DNA of 64,000 nucleotides from Patescibacteria group bacterium. Lineage in GTDB: Bacteria; Patescibacteriota; Patescibacteriia; Patescibacteriales; JBAZCA01. Positions 1-9,845 of this stretch are shown here, piece by piece. The notes under the pieces were generated by a model. That model did no database searches. It was not told where the DNA came from and worked only from the letters and a program-made list of their open reading frames with translations. The position numbers and the translations under genes are program-made. The first letter of the stretch is position 1. Every line of letters starts with the position of its first letter. The stretch is from contig JBAZUL010000002.1 of the NCBI GenBank assembly GCA_041661405.1, forward strand, positions 3,715-67,714. Direction: 5' to 3'.

Positions 1-317
1 GTCCGACTCATCCAAGGCTTTATTATTTGGATGAAAAGAAGAATATAATTCTGGCCAATGGTGATGAAAAAATGTCCACCAACATCCAGGCCTGGCGCTC
101 GGCCTATATTTTGAACGGCTGTTTTGTTTACATTATTAAGACTAAATCTTTCTTAAAAGAAAAAAACGTGATTATGAAAAATACCAAAGCGGTTATTTGC
201 GATAAATGGCGTTCGGTGGATTTGGATGAACCTGAAGACTGGGCTTTGGCTGAAATTTTGTTTAAAAATAAAAATAATCTGGCTAATCGGATAAAACAAA
301 TTTATGGAAAAAAATAA
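1..317 (+). CDS. Acylneuraminate/CMP-ulosonic acid cytidylyltransferase family protein, C-terminal fragment (gene starts upstream of window)
   Basis: The open frame runs from the window edge and its ATG-started part begins at 27. C-terminal motif ...ICDKWRSVDLDEPEDWALAEILFKN resembles the end of CMP-sugar cytidylyltransferases. It sits in a nonulosonic-acid gene cluster. Confidence 0.45.
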   Translation, partial: PTHPRLYYLDEKKNIILANGDEKMSTNIQAWRSAYILNGCFVYIIKTKSFLKEKNVIMKNTKAVICDKWRSVDLDEPEDWALAEILFKNKNNLANRIKQIYGKK

Positions 318-1320
318 GCTAAAATTTTTAATTATCGGCTTAGGTTCAATGGGGAAGCGAAGAATCCGCAACCTGATTTGTAACGGTCAAAAACTGATTA
401 TCGGATATGATATTCAGGCGAAACGGATGAAAGAGGCTAAAGAAAAATATGGCATTGAAACGGCCAACATAAAAAAAGCGGCCAAAAATGATTATGACGT
501 CATGATTATTTCCACCCCGCCCGATCAGCACGGCGATTACATCCGGATGGCTTTGCGGGATAAGAAGCATTTTTTCGTAGAGCATCCGACCAGCCTTGAC
601 GGCTATCCGGAGGTTTTGGCGGATAAAAATATAAAAATCGCCAAAGCGCCGTCTTGCACCCTGCTTTATTATTCGCCGATTAAGATGATGAAAAAAATAT
701 TAGAACAGGGAGAAATCGGCCGAGTGCTCGCTTTTCAGTATCATATGGGACAGTATCTGCCTGACTGGCATCCATGGGAAGATTATCGCCAGGTTTATTT
801 TTCAAAAAAAGAAACCGGGGCTTGCCGGGAAATGCTCCCTTTTGAATTAATCTGGCTGAACTGGCTTTTAGGCTCAAAAGTAAAAAATATCTCCGGCGCT
901 ATCAGTAAAGTATCGGACTTAAAAATGAAAGCCGACGACATTATTAACGCCAACGTTCAATATGGTAATGGCATCATGGGAAATATTATTATAGACGTTA
1001 TCGCGAGAAAGCCTTGCCGGACTTTACGGGTTCTCGGCTCCGAGGGCGTTATGGATTGGGAAAGGTTTGATTTTCAAATAAAAGTCTTTAACGCCAAAAC
1101 AAAAAAGACGAGAATTATTGACATCCCCAAAGGTCATCCGGAAACCGGTTATGTTAACGAGGAAGAAATGTATAATGAAGAAATTGGTGATTTTTTAAAA
1201 GCCATTGAGGGAAAAAAGAAATTCCCGCACAATTTTGAGGACAGCCGGCAGGTATTAAATACTTTATACGCCCTGGAAGAATTCTCGGCTAAAGGCAAGG
1301 TAATGATAGTAAAAAAATAA
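304..1320 (+). CDS. Gfo/Idh/MocA family NAD(P)-dependent oxidoreductase
   Basis: N-terminal Rossmann motif LIIGLGSMGKRRIRNL, length 338 aa, and typical position in nonulosonic-acid clusters. Confidence 0.65.
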   Translation: MEKNKLKFLIIGLGSMGKRRIRNLICNGQKLIIGYDIQAKRMKEAKEKYGIETANIKKAAKNDYDVMIISTPPDQHGDYIRMALRDKKHFFVEHPTSLDGYPEVLADKNIKIAKAPSCTLLYYSPIKMMKKILEQGEIGRVLAFQYHMGQYLPDWHPWEDYRQVYFSKKETGACREMLPFELIWLNWLLGSKVKNISGAISKVSDLKMKADDIINANVQYGNGIMGNIIIDVIARKPCRTLRVLGSEGVMDWERFDFQIKVFNAKTKKTRIIDIPKGHPETGYVNEEEMYNEEIGDFLKAIEGKKKFPHNFEDSRQVLNTLYALEEFSAKGKVMIVKK

Positions 1321-1480
1321 ATGTGTGGTTATAAAATTGGTAATAAGCGGAAAAATATGGCAATGAAAATAAAAATCGGAAGCAAGAACGTAGGATCGGG
1401 AAGTCCGGTTTTTAAATTCGGATCCGGCGATTTTACTAACCTACCGTTGTCGTCGGCTAATTAAATAAAAATAGATATTT

Positions 1481-2626
1481 ATGGTAGATGCCCAGAAAAA
1501 AATTTTAATAATCACCGGAACACGGGCCGAGTATGGGCTTTTAAAATCGACGATTGATGAGGTGCGCAAGAGTAAAAAATTAAGCCTGCAACTTTTAGTC
1601 ACCGGAATGCATACTTTAAGGAAATACGGCCATAGCTTAGATATGATTAAAGAGGATCGGGTTTTGATTAACGAAGTGGTGAAGATTAAAGAAAATGACA
1701 GCATGCCGGAGGCTTTAGCTAAGGAGATTATCGGGATTAGTAAATTTTGCGTTAAAAATCGTCCGGAGGTGATTGTTGTTCTGGGGGATCGGGATGAAGC
1801 TTTTGCCGGCGCGATTGTCGGCAGCCATCTCGGCATTCCAGTCGGGCATATTCACGGCGGCGATTATACCGGCACGATCGTTGACGGTTTGATTAGACAC
1901 GCGATTACTAAACTGTCGCATCTTCATTTTACCGCCTGCCGGAAAAGCTTTGAACGCGTAAAACTTTTGCAGGAAAACCCCAAAAATATTTTTTTAGTCG
2001 GCGCCCCGGGCTTGGATAATCTGAACAGCCGAAAATTACTAAGCCGCCAAGAGCTGGCCAAAAAATTGAATTTGCCAATCAACCGCCCCTGGCTGTTATT
2101 CTTGATGCATCCGACGCCTTTTTCGCCGATTTCGCTTAAAACGCAGATAAGCAATCCATTAAAAGCTATTAGCCGGCTGGAGTCATTTGAAAAAATTGTT
2201 ATTTATCCTAACGCGGATACGGGCAGCGATATTTTTATAAAGTCAATAAAAACTTATAAAAAAGACAATTCTTTCCGCATATTTTTCAACTTGCCGAGAT
2301 TGGATTATCTTTCATTATTAGACAAAGTTGAATTTATGGCAGGCAATTCCAGTTCCGGAGTTTTAGAATCAACCTATTTTAGACTGCCTGCAATTAATAT
2401 CGGCGACCGGCAAAAATACCGCGAGCGGGGAAAGAATGTAATTGACTGCGGTTATGGTTATAGCTCAATAATTAGAGCTATCAAGCTGGCCGCTACTCCG
2501 GCTTTCAGGAAGAAAGCGAAGAACGCGACTAATCCTTACGGCAATGGAGGCGCGGCAAAAAAAATAGTCAAAATTTTGGAAAACATAAAAGAAAAAAATT
2601 TAATTTTAGAAAAAACTTTTACCTAG
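1481..2626 (+). CDS. neuC: UDP-N-acetylglucosamine 2-epimerase (hydrolysing), NeuC/LegG/PseG-like
   Basis: ILIITGTRAEYGLL N-terminus. GDRDEAFAGAIV...GIPVGHIHGGD motif characteristic of hydrolysing UDP-sugar 2-epimerases. Confidence 0.7.
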   Translation: MVDAQKKILIITGTRAEYGLLKSTIDEVRKSKKLSLQLLVTGMHTLRKYGHSLDMIKEDRVLINEVVKIKENDSMPEALAKEIIGISKFCVKNRPEVIVVLGDRDEAFAGAIVGSHLGIPVGHIHGGDYTGTIVDGLIRHAITKLSHLHFTACRKSFERVKLLQENPKNIFLVGAPGLDNLNSRKLLSRQELAKKLNLPINRPWLLFLMHPTPFSPISLKTQISNPLKAISRLESFEKIVIYPNADTGSDIFIKSIKTYKKDNSFRIFFNLPRLDYLSLLDKVEFMAGNSSSGVLESTYFRLPAINIGDRQKYRERGKNVIDCGYGYSSIIRAIKLAATPAFRKKAKNATNPYGNGGAAKKIVKILENIKEKNLILEKTFT

Positions 2627-2630
2627 AATT

Positions 2631-3578
2631 ATGACCGCTCCGCGCTTAAACAACAATAAAATAATCTTCGTTACTTTTAACCGACTCGGTTATCTGTGCC
2701 TGGAAACGATCGCCCGATCCGGAGTTTTTAATATAAAACAAGCGTATACCCTGAAACCTGAGCTGACGGGAAAAATTTCCGATTATAAAGACATAGAACT
2801 TTTGTGCAAAAAGTTTGAATTTCCGGTTAAAAGGATTAAAAATATCAATAATGAAACAGATGAAATAAAAAAAATCAACCCGGACATTATTTTTATTATC
2901 GGCTGGTCCCAGATCATAAATGAAGAATTAATAAAAATTCCCAAGATTGGCTGCGTAGGTTTCCACCCGGCGCTGTTGCCAAAGAACAGAGGCCGGGCGG
3001 CCATACCCTGGCATTTTATAAATGAGGAGAAATATGGCGGCGCTACTTTATTTTTCATTGATGAGGGTTGTGACAGTGGCGATATTATCGCCCAGAAAAG
3101 ATTTGTTTTGACCGATAAAGATAACGCTAAAAGTTATTATGAAAAAATTGAAGAAGTTGCAGTTAAAATGCTTAAAAGTTGCGCGAGAGACCTGGTTCGG
3201 GATAAAATAAAAAGACGCCGGCAAGATCATCGCCGGGCAACCTGCCTTTTTTTAAGGAACGCGGATGACAGTTTTTTGGATTTTCAAAAATTGAATACCA
3301 GGCAAATTTTTAATCAAGTCCGGGCAGTCGCCGGCATTTATCCGGCCGCTTTCGCGGATTATGAAAAAAACAGAGTGGAGTCGCTGGCCGCGATGATAGT
3401 GCCGAAAAAGTTTTATATTTATTCGGCCGCACCCGGACAAATAATCAAGGTTTTGCCCGATGGCATCTGGGTGAAGACTATTGACGGTATTATTGAGTTA
3501 AGCAAGCTGTCGTCTGACGGCGCGGCAATTAATGATTGTCCCCGATTTTTTAAGTCCGGACATTATTTAAACAGATAA
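2631..3578 (+). CDS. Formyltransferase (Fmt/ArnA-N-like) probably acting on an amino-sugar nucleotide
   Basis: Formyl_trans_N core: IIGWSQII...GCVGFHPALLPKNRGRAAIPWHFINEEKYGGATLFFIDEGCDSGDII. Found in a sugar cluster. Confidence 0.65.
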   Translation: MTAPRLNNNKIIFVTFNRLGYLCLETIARSGVFNIKQAYTLKPELTGKISDYKDIELLCKKFEFPVKRIKNINNETDEIKKINPDIIFIIGWSQIINEELIKIPKIGCVGFHPALLPKNRGRAAIPWHFINEEKYGGATLFFIDEGCDSGDIIAQKRFVLTDKDNAKSYYEKIEEVAVKMLKSCARDLVRDKIKRRRQDHRRATCLFLRNADDSFLDFQKLNTRQIFNQVRAVAGIYPAAFADYEKNRVESLAAMIVPKKFYIYSAAPGQIIKVLPDGIWVKTIDGIIELSKLSSDGAAINDCPRFFKSGHYLNR

Positions 3579-3583
3579 AAAAT

Positions 3584-4243
3584 ATGCAAAAAATGCTTAT
3601 TTTTGCCCCCCATCCCGATGACGAAGTCTTAGGATGCGGCGGGACAATAAAAAAATATTCAAAGGCGGGTAATGAGGTGTTTCTCTGCGTAGTTACTAAA
3701 GCCTATTCGCCGGAGTGGTCAAAATCGTTTATCAAAAACCGGACCAAAGAAGTAGCCGCCGCAAACAAAATTTTGGGGATTAAAAAAACTTTCTTTTTGG
3801 ATTTTCCCACGGTTAAACTTGATACTGTCCCGCAAAAAGAATTAAATGAAGCTATTTTATCAGTTATAAGAGAAGTTAGGCCGCGAATTGTTTATTTGCC
3901 TCATTGCGGCGATATAAATAAAGACCATCGCCTGGTTTTTGAGGCCGGCCTGGTAGCTCTAAGACCGAGCAACAATACTTCGGTTAAAAAAATATTATCT
4001 TATGAATCATTGTCGGAAACGGCCGAAGGAAGAAGTATTAAAGAGTTTTCTCCGACCAGTTATGAAAAAATTGATAATGAATTAGCTAAAAAAATTCAGG
4101 CCATGAAAGCCTATAAAAGCGAAATTCGTAAATTTCCTCATCCCCGTTCGCTCGAGATGATGAAAGTACTGGCTAAAAAAAGGGGATCGGAAGCGGGTTA
4201 TAGATTAGCGGAAGCGTTTGTCTTAATCAGGGAAATATTATGA
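3584..4243 (+). CDS. PIG-L/LmbE family N-acetylglucosaminyl deacetylase
   Basis: MLIFAPHPDDEVLGCGGTI N-terminal signature of the PIG-L deacetylase family. Confidence 0.7.
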   Translation: MQKMLIFAPHPDDEVLGCGGTIKKYSKAGNEVFLCVVTKAYSPEWSKSFIKNRTKEVAAANKILGIKKTFFLDFPTVKLDTVPQKELNEAILSVIREVRPRIVYLPHCGDINKDHRLVFEAGLVALRPSNNTSVKKILSYESLSETAEGRSIKEFSPTSYEKIDNELAKKIQAMKAYKSEIRKFPHPRSLEMMKVLAKKRGSEAGYRLAEAFVLIREIL

Positions 4244-4296
4244 GTCAAAGGCCGGGGATCCGGCAGCGCTAACTTAGAAATAGAATAAATAAATTT

Positions 4297-4698
4297 ATGC
4301 AACCAAGATTCAACAATTGGCGCGCGCCGAAAATAACAGAAGGGAAGCTGACCAAATGGAATTGGCTAGTAAAACATAAAAATAATTTAAAGCTCGGTTC
4401 GCGATGCGATATCGGCGCGTTTACCTATATTAACGCGCGAAACGGAGTGGTTATTGAAGATGAGGTTCAAGTCGGATCGCATTGTTCTATTTATTCGGTT
4501 TCCACTATTGATAATAAAGAGGGAAGGGTAGCGTTGAAAAAAAACTGCCGCGTCGGATCGCACAGTGTAATTATGCCCGGCGTTACTATTGGAGAAAATT
4601 CTATCGTTGGAGCGTTTAGCTTTGTAAATCGCGACGTCCCGGCTAATGTGGTCGTTTGCGGCGTGCCGGTAAAAGTTATAAAAAAAATTAAGCCCTAA
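4297..4698 (+). CDS. Hexapeptide-repeat (left-handed beta-helix) sugar N/O-acetyltransferase
   Basis: Repeated [LIV]GxxxxI hexapeptides (VQVGSHCSIY, CRVGSHSVIMPGVTIGENSIVGAFSFV). Confidence 0.6.
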   Translation: MQPRFNNWRAPKITEGKLTKWNWLVKHKNNLKLGSRCDIGAFTYINARNGVVIEDEVQVGSHCSIYSVSTIDNKEGRVALKKNCRVGSHSVIMPGVTIGENSIVGAFSFVNRDVPANVVVCGVPVKVIKKIKP

Positions 4699-4702
4699 TC
4701 TT

Positions 4703-5827
4703 ATGAAAAAATATCCGGTAGCCAAGCCTTACATTACTGATGAAGACCGGGAAAGCGTCCTCGGGGTTTTAAAAACCGACTATTTGAGTCTCGGACCCAA
4801 ACTAGGGGAGTTTGAAAGGAAATTTGCGAGGAAACTGGGAGTGAAATTCGCCTGCGCCGTATCCAGCGGCACGGCCGGACTGCATCTAGCCTTAATCGCT
4901 TCAGGTATTGGTGAGGGCGATGAGGTAATTACGACTCCGTTTACTTTCGTGGCGTCAGCCAATACAATTGTTTCGGTTGGCGCTAAGCCGGTATTTGCCG
5001 ATATTGATCCCATAACTTATAACATTAATCCAGGACAACTGGAAAAAAAGATTACGAAACTCACCAAAGCTATTATGGTAGTGCATATCTTCGGCCAGCC
5101 ATGTGATATGGATCCTATAATGGCCATTGCGAAAAAAAACAGGCTATTAGTTATTGAAGACGCTTGTGAATCGCTTAACGCGGCTTATCGCGGAAAAAAA
5201 GCCGGAACTTTCGGTCAGGCCGGAGTATTCGCGTTCTACCCCAACAAGCAGATGACGACCGGCGAAGGTGGCATGATTATTACTAATAACAAAAAGATTT
5301 ACGACGCTTGCGCCAGCTTAAGGAATCAGGGACGGGATGAGAACGACCGCTGGCTGGAGCATAAATATTTTGGATACAATTACCGGTTGGATGAAATGAG
5401 CGCGGCTTTAGGGATAAGTCAGTTAAAAAAGCTTGATTTTATGATTAGTGAGCGCCGGAAAATCGCCGGATGGTATTCCGGGCTCCTAAAACCTTACGCC
5501 GATATTGTCCAGCATCCCGGAATTGCCGCCGATAATGACCACACCTGGTTCGTCTATGTTATTAAGATTAAAGATAAAAAAATCAGCCGCGATCGGTTGA
5601 TTGTGAGTTTAGAGAGAAAAGGCATATGCACCCGGCCATATCTTCCTTCGGTTCATTTATTTTCATTTTATAAAAAACGGTTTAGCTGCCGGGAGGGAGA
5701 TTTTCCGGTAAGTGAGGAAGCAAGCGCCTCCACCCTGGCTTTGCCGCTTTTTGTCGGTTTGACTAAGCGTGATTGCCAATATATAGTGAATAAACTAATA
5801 AAGGAAATCAATAATTTAAAGAAATAA
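4703..5827 (+). CDS. DegT/DnrJ/EryC1/StrS family aminotransferase (PseC/LegC-like sugar aminotransferase)
   Basis: N-terminal ITDEDRESVLGVLKTDYLSLGPKLGEFERKFA and PLP-fold motifs. 374 aa. Confidence 0.8.
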   Translation: MKKYPVAKPYITDEDRESVLGVLKTDYLSLGPKLGEFERKFARKLGVKFACAVSSGTAGLHLALIASGIGEGDEVITTPFTFVASANTIVSVGAKPVFADIDPITYNINPGQLEKKITKLTKAIMVVHIFGQPCDMDPIMAIAKKNRLLVIEDACESLNAAYRGKKAGTFGQAGVFAFYPNKQMTTGEGGMIITNNKKIYDACASLRNQGRDENDRWLEHKYFGYNYRLDEMSAALGISQLKKLDFMISERRKIAGWYSGLLKPYADIVQHPGIAADNDHTWFVYVIKIKDKKISRDRLIVSLERKGICTRPYLPSVHLFSFYKKRFSCREGDFPVSEEASASTLALPLFVGLTKRDCQYIVNKLIKEINNLKK

Positions 5828-5834
5828 AAAATAT

Positions 5835-6890
5835 ATGGCTAATGAATTTAAAAACAAAAGGATTTTAGTAACCGGCGGCACAGGTTCCATCGGCTCGGTA
5901 ATCGTTAAAAAATTATTGCAGTTTAATCCCAAACAAATCCGAATTTTAAGCCGGGATGAAACCAAACAGTTTAATTTAATTAATGAATTAAACCACAATT
6001 CTAAATTAAGGATGCTGATTGGCGACATAAGAAATAAGGATCGGGTGAATAAAGCCATGGAGAACGTTGATATTGTTTTTCACGCCGCCGCCATGAAACA
6101 CGTTTTATCCTGCGAAAACGACCCGTTTGAGGCCGTTGAAACTAATGTCCGCGGCATGCAAAATATAATAGATTGCGCCATGATTAATGATGTGGAAAAA
6201 GTAATCGGGATTTCAACCGATAAAGCGACTGATCCGACTTCTGTTATGGGTTGCACTAAACTTTTGGCGGAAAAAATTATGCTTTCGCATTACAGTGGGC
6301 CGCACCGGACTAAATTTTGTTTCGTCCGCTTTGGTAATGTTTTAAACTCGCGAGGTTCAGTCATCCCTTTATTTTATAAGCAAATTAAAGCCGGTGGCCC
6401 GGTAACCGTAACCGACAAGGACGTTTGTCGTTTTTTCATGTCAATAGATGATGCTGTTAACTTAGTTTTTAAAGCTTCAAATATAATGCGTGACCGGGAA
6501 ATTTTCGTTTTAAAACAGATGGCTATTTTGAAAATTATTGATTTAGCCCGGGCGATGATTGAACTTTACGCGCCTCAGTCAGGCTTAAACGCCAAAGATA
6601 TAAAGATAAAAATTACCGGTCTTAAAAGCGGAGAAAGGTTACATGAAAAATTATTGAGTAAGGATGAATCGGGCTATGCTCTGGAGAACGAAGAGATGTT
6701 TATAGTTCTGCCAGTTTTAAATTTTGATGTTAATCAGGCGGCTAAGCGCAAAAAATATTTAAACGCGGAGAAGAGCCGGATTGGCGACTTTAGCACTGAG
6801 AACAGGAAAGTTTTGCCGGTTGCCGAAATAAAAAAACTTCTTCTTAAGGATAGCGGTAACCTTTCACATGAGATTAATAATTTATCCTGA
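5835..6890 (+). CDS. UDP-N-acetylglucosamine 4,6-dehydratase (PseB/FlaA1/CapD family)
   Basis: KRILVTGGTGSIGSVIVKKLLQFNPKQIRILSRDETKQ signature of PseB/LegB-type short dehydratases. 351 aa. Confidence 0.75.
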   Translation: MANEFKNKRILVTGGTGSIGSVIVKKLLQFNPKQIRILSRDETKQFNLINELNHNSKLRMLIGDIRNKDRVNKAMENVDIVFHAAAMKHVLSCENDPFEAVETNVRGMQNIIDCAMINDVEKVIGISTDKATDPTSVMGCTKLLAEKIMLSHYSGPHRTKFCFVRFGNVLNSRGSVIPLFYKQIKAGGPVTVTDKDVCRFFMSIDDAVNLVFKASNIMRDREIFVLKQMAILKIIDLARAMIELYAPQSGLNAKDIKIKITGLKSGERLHEKLLSKDESGYALENEEMFIVLPVLNFDVNQAAKRKKYLNAEKSRIGDFSTENRKVLPVAEIKKLLLKDSGNLSHEINNLS

Positions 6891-8355
6891 CGCGGGTATG
6901 AATGTTTTTTTAATAAAATGGGATTATAATAACGAGGATAATCTGGCGATCGCAAAAGGGTTAGAAAACCAAGGCCATAAAATTAAGTATTGGGTTGGTA
7001 CCAGCCCCGAAGATGTTTCCTCGCCAAGCCGCAGAAATTTCACAAAGACGGTATTTCATAATATTTTTGACGCTATTGCCGGTCGACCGGCGGCTGAATT
7101 TAAGGATATCAGTTTTCCGCCGCCGGGCGAAAAAACTATAAAGGATTTTTTTGAGACTGAATCAATTCTCGCCACAATCAAGCAGTTTGAAAAATTGACG
7201 CCTAGCGTATTGGAAAAGAAAAGCGTTTATCACGGTTTTTTGGAGTACTGGTTTGGCATCATCAATAAACTAAAACCGGAAGCTGTTATTTTTTCAGTTC
7301 AGCCTCACGCTGGTTTTGATTTTGTCCTTTATTCCATCGCGAAGCATCTAAAAATCAAAACCGTTATTTTTGAATACACGGGCGTGTCTGACCGCCACTT
7401 CGTTATTAACGATTATAGCGTTGGTTGCGATAAATTAAGGAAGGAGATTGAAGACAACCGGGGCAAGGCCATAGGAATCAAAGATTTAAGTTCCGATATA
7501 AGAGAGTTTTATTTAAGGCAGGCGGATAGAGCTAGGCAGGCAATCAGCAAAGAAGTGGGAAATATCAAGAAAAGTTTCTCGGGGTTTAATTTAGTCTTAA
7601 TTAAATTAAGAATGCTGAAGCGCGCGATAGCCGATTTCTCATTTTTAAAAAAAAGTTATTTTTATTTTAAAAAAAAATTAGGAAAAAATTTTCGAAAGGA
7701 ATATATTGAAGTCCAAATCCAACCAGACTGGAATAAAAAATTTATTTATCTAGCCTTGCACTACCAGCCCGAAGCCGCCACCTCTCCTTTGGGGGGAGTT
7801 TTTGTTGATCAGCTTTTGATGATTAAAAATTTAGCTTACGCTCTCCCGGATAACTGGGTAATCTATGTTAAAGAACACCCGGTGCAGTGGCTGATTAGCG
7901 GGCTTAATTATACCTCTTTCCGTTATCCGGGCTACTATAAGTCAATCTCTGAAATAAAAAATGTGAAGATTGTGCCAATTGATACTTCAGCTGAAGAGTT
8001 GATAGAAAAATCGGAAGCGGTTGCCACTATTACCGGCTCGGCCGGACGGGAAGCCTTGCTCCGCAAGAAGCCGGTTATTATTTTTGGTTATCCGAACTAT
8101 CGCTACTGTCCGGGAGCGTTTAAGGTTAATGATGTTTTATCATGCCAGGCAGCGATCACTAAAATAAAATCCGGGTTTATATTGGAAGAGCGGGATATAC
8201 TGAATTATCTTTATAGTTTGGACAGAATAAGTATACATACTTACTTTGAAATTTCAGCAAAGAAATTATCAAAATTAACCCCGGCGGAACACGTTGAGAT
8301 TATGACGGGAGCAATTGTAAGGGAGCTGGAAGCTAAGCCATTTGGCGCGATATAA
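6868..8355 (+). CDS. Capsule polysaccharide biosynthesis protein family (KpsC/KpsS-like) putative ulosonic-acid glycosyltransferase
   Basis: Motif LHYQPEAATSPLGGVFVDQLLMIKNLAYALPDNWVIYVKEHP resembles the HxQPE core of the Capsule_synth family. The start may be the internal Met at 6898. Confidence 0.4.
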   Translation: MRLIIYPDAGMNVFLIKWDYNNEDNLAIAKGLENQGHKIKYWVGTSPEDVSSPSRRNFTKTVFHNIFDAIAGRPAAEFKDISFPPPGEKTIKDFFETESILATIKQFEKLTPSVLEKKSVYHGFLEYWFGIINKLKPEAVIFSVQPHAGFDFVLYSIAKHLKIKTVIFEYTGVSDRHFVINDYSVGCDKLRKEIEDNRGKAIGIKDLSSDIREFYLRQADRARQAISKEVGNIKKSFSGFNLVLIKLRMLKRAIADFSFLKKSYFYFKKKLGKNFRKEYIEVQIQPDWNKKFIYLALHYQPEAATSPLGGVFVDQLLMIKNLAYALPDNWVIYVKEHPVQWLISGLNYTSFRYPGYYKSISEIKNVKIVPIDTSAEELIEKSEAVATITGSAGREALLRKKPVIIFGYPNYRYCPGAFKVNDVLSCQAAITKIKSGFILEERDILNYLYSLDRISIHTYFEISAKKLSKLTPAEHVEIMTGAIVRELEAKPFGAI

Positions 8356-8394
8356 AACGTCTTGGTCAGCCGGTTGTTTAGTTAGAAGAAAACC

Positions 8395-9804
8395 CTACCG
8401 CCCCTCCCTGGAAACTACAGTCGCGATAGTCTTTAGAATAATGGACAGATCCAGGTAGAGGGATCTGTTTTTTATGTAAAAGAGATCGTATTGCAATTTT
8501 TTTAAGCTGTCTTCGTATGACGGGGAATGGTACTCTCCGGAAATCTGATCCCAGCCGGTAATTCCCGGCTTGACGAGCATCCGTTCCCGGTAAAAGGGGA
8601 TCTGTTTTTCCAGCTCTAAAATCAGTTCCGGACGTTCAGGCCGCGGTCCGACAAAACTCATGTCTCCGCGGAGGATGTTTAAGGCCTGCGGGATTTCATC
8701 AAGCCGGGTTTTTCTAAGGAACGAACCAAAACCGGTAATGCGGCGGTCGCCGGGCAGGGTAGGCGAGCGGTCGTTGCCAATTTCCCGCATAGAGCGGAAT
8801 TTAAGCATCCCGAACTCCGCGCCGTTTTTTCCCGAGCGGGGCATGCGGATAAAAACCGGCCCCTGACTTTCCATTTTTATAGCCAGGGCGATGAGCGGCC
8901 AGAAGGCCAAGGTGAGAACGAGAATGGCGAACGCGAGGATTATGTCGTAAACCCGTTTAAAGAGGTCAAAGCCGTTTTTTTTCCCTTCGTTCATATTTTC
9001 AAGAAACCACATCTCGCTTATGGCTTCAACAGGCACTTTGCCGGTAAGCTGTTCGTAAAAGTTCGCCAGACTCTGGTATTTGATGTTTAAGGGCAGACAG
9101 GAAAAAAGCGCTGTCCGAAGTTCGCCGGATTCGCGGGGATTTTCGGAAAAAATTAGCGCGGAAATTTTATTTTTTTCCGCCATATTTTTTAGCTCGCTGA
9201 TTCTAATGATTGGCGGGAAAACGAGCTTAAAACCTTTTTCATCAGCGGTTTCCGCCATGTTTTCGCCGGCTTGGTTTGCGTCGGCGCTATTTTTTCCTTC
9301 AACAATAAACTTAACGTCATATCCGAGATGGGGTTTTTTTATGAGATAAGCGATGAGTTCGCTGGCTTGGCGGTTTAAACCGGCAAAAGCCAGGCTGGTT
9401 TTTGGCAGGCGCGATTTTAAGAGCCAGTTACAGGCGCGCCGCCAGAGGACGAAAATTATGCCGTAGATAAAGATGAAAATGATCAGGTTGGTTTTCGGGG
9501 CAATGCCCATGCCGGGCGAGGCGTAAAAAAAGATTACCGAAAGAAGCGCGGCGACGGAGAGGCTTTGGGTTATTTTCCGGATGAACTCCGACCCGTTAAC
9601 TGCGGCTTTTAAATCGTAGAGGCCGGAAATGTAAAAAATAATTATCCAGCCGAAAAAAATGGCTGTAAAAGGAAAAAAATGATCCTGCCAGGTAGCGGCC
9701 GACGGCAGGCTTAAATACCGGAGGCTGAGGGCGAGGTAAAGCGCTAAATACAAAAAAACAAAGTCGCCGAAGAGTATGGTGAATTTTTTCAAACGGTTAT
9801 TCAT
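8395..9804 (-). CDS. Undecaprenyl-phosphate sugar phosphotransferase (WbaP/bacterial sugar transferase family)
   Basis: Four or five N-terminal TM helices. C-terminal FDLFKRVYDIILAFAILVLTL...FRSMR...PGITGWDQISG is typical of priming glycosylphosphotransferases. Confidence 0.75.
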   Translation of the reverse strand: MNNRLKKFTILFGDFVFLYLALYLALSLRYLSLPSAATWQDHFFPFTAIFFGWIIIFYISGLYDLKAAVNGSEFIRKITQSLSVAALLSVIFFYASPGMGIAPKTNLIIFIFIYGIIFVLWRRACNWLLKSRLPKTSLAFAGLNRQASELIAYLIKKPHLGYDVKFIVEGKNSADANQAGENMAETADEKGFKLVFPPIIRISELKNMAEKNKISALIFSENPRESGELRTALFSCLPLNIKYQSLANFYEQLTGKVPVEAISEMWFLENMNEGKKNGFDLFKRVYDIILAFAILVLTLAFWPLIALAIKMESQGPVFIRMPRSGKNGAEFGMLKFRSMREIGNDRSPTLPGDRRITGFGSFLRKTRLDEIPQALNILRGDMSFVGPRPERPELILELEKQIPFYRERMLVKPGITGWDQISGEYHSPSYEDSLKKLQYDLFYIKNRSLYLDLSIILKTIATVVSREGR

Positions 9805-9845
9805 GGTTTAGAAATACCATATTCTCGGCTAAAATTCAAGCTCGG

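Noticed and set aside
1441-1836. Antisense or shadow ORFs inside strongly supported genes. Examples: 1441-1836, 8660-8866, 9080-9349, 13660-13903, 21695-22375, 23070-23507, 24147-24545, 56363-56663, 62073-62639.
   Set aside because: They overlap conserved genes on the opposite strand or in alternate frames, have no recognisable motifs, and show compositional bias typical of shadow ORFs.
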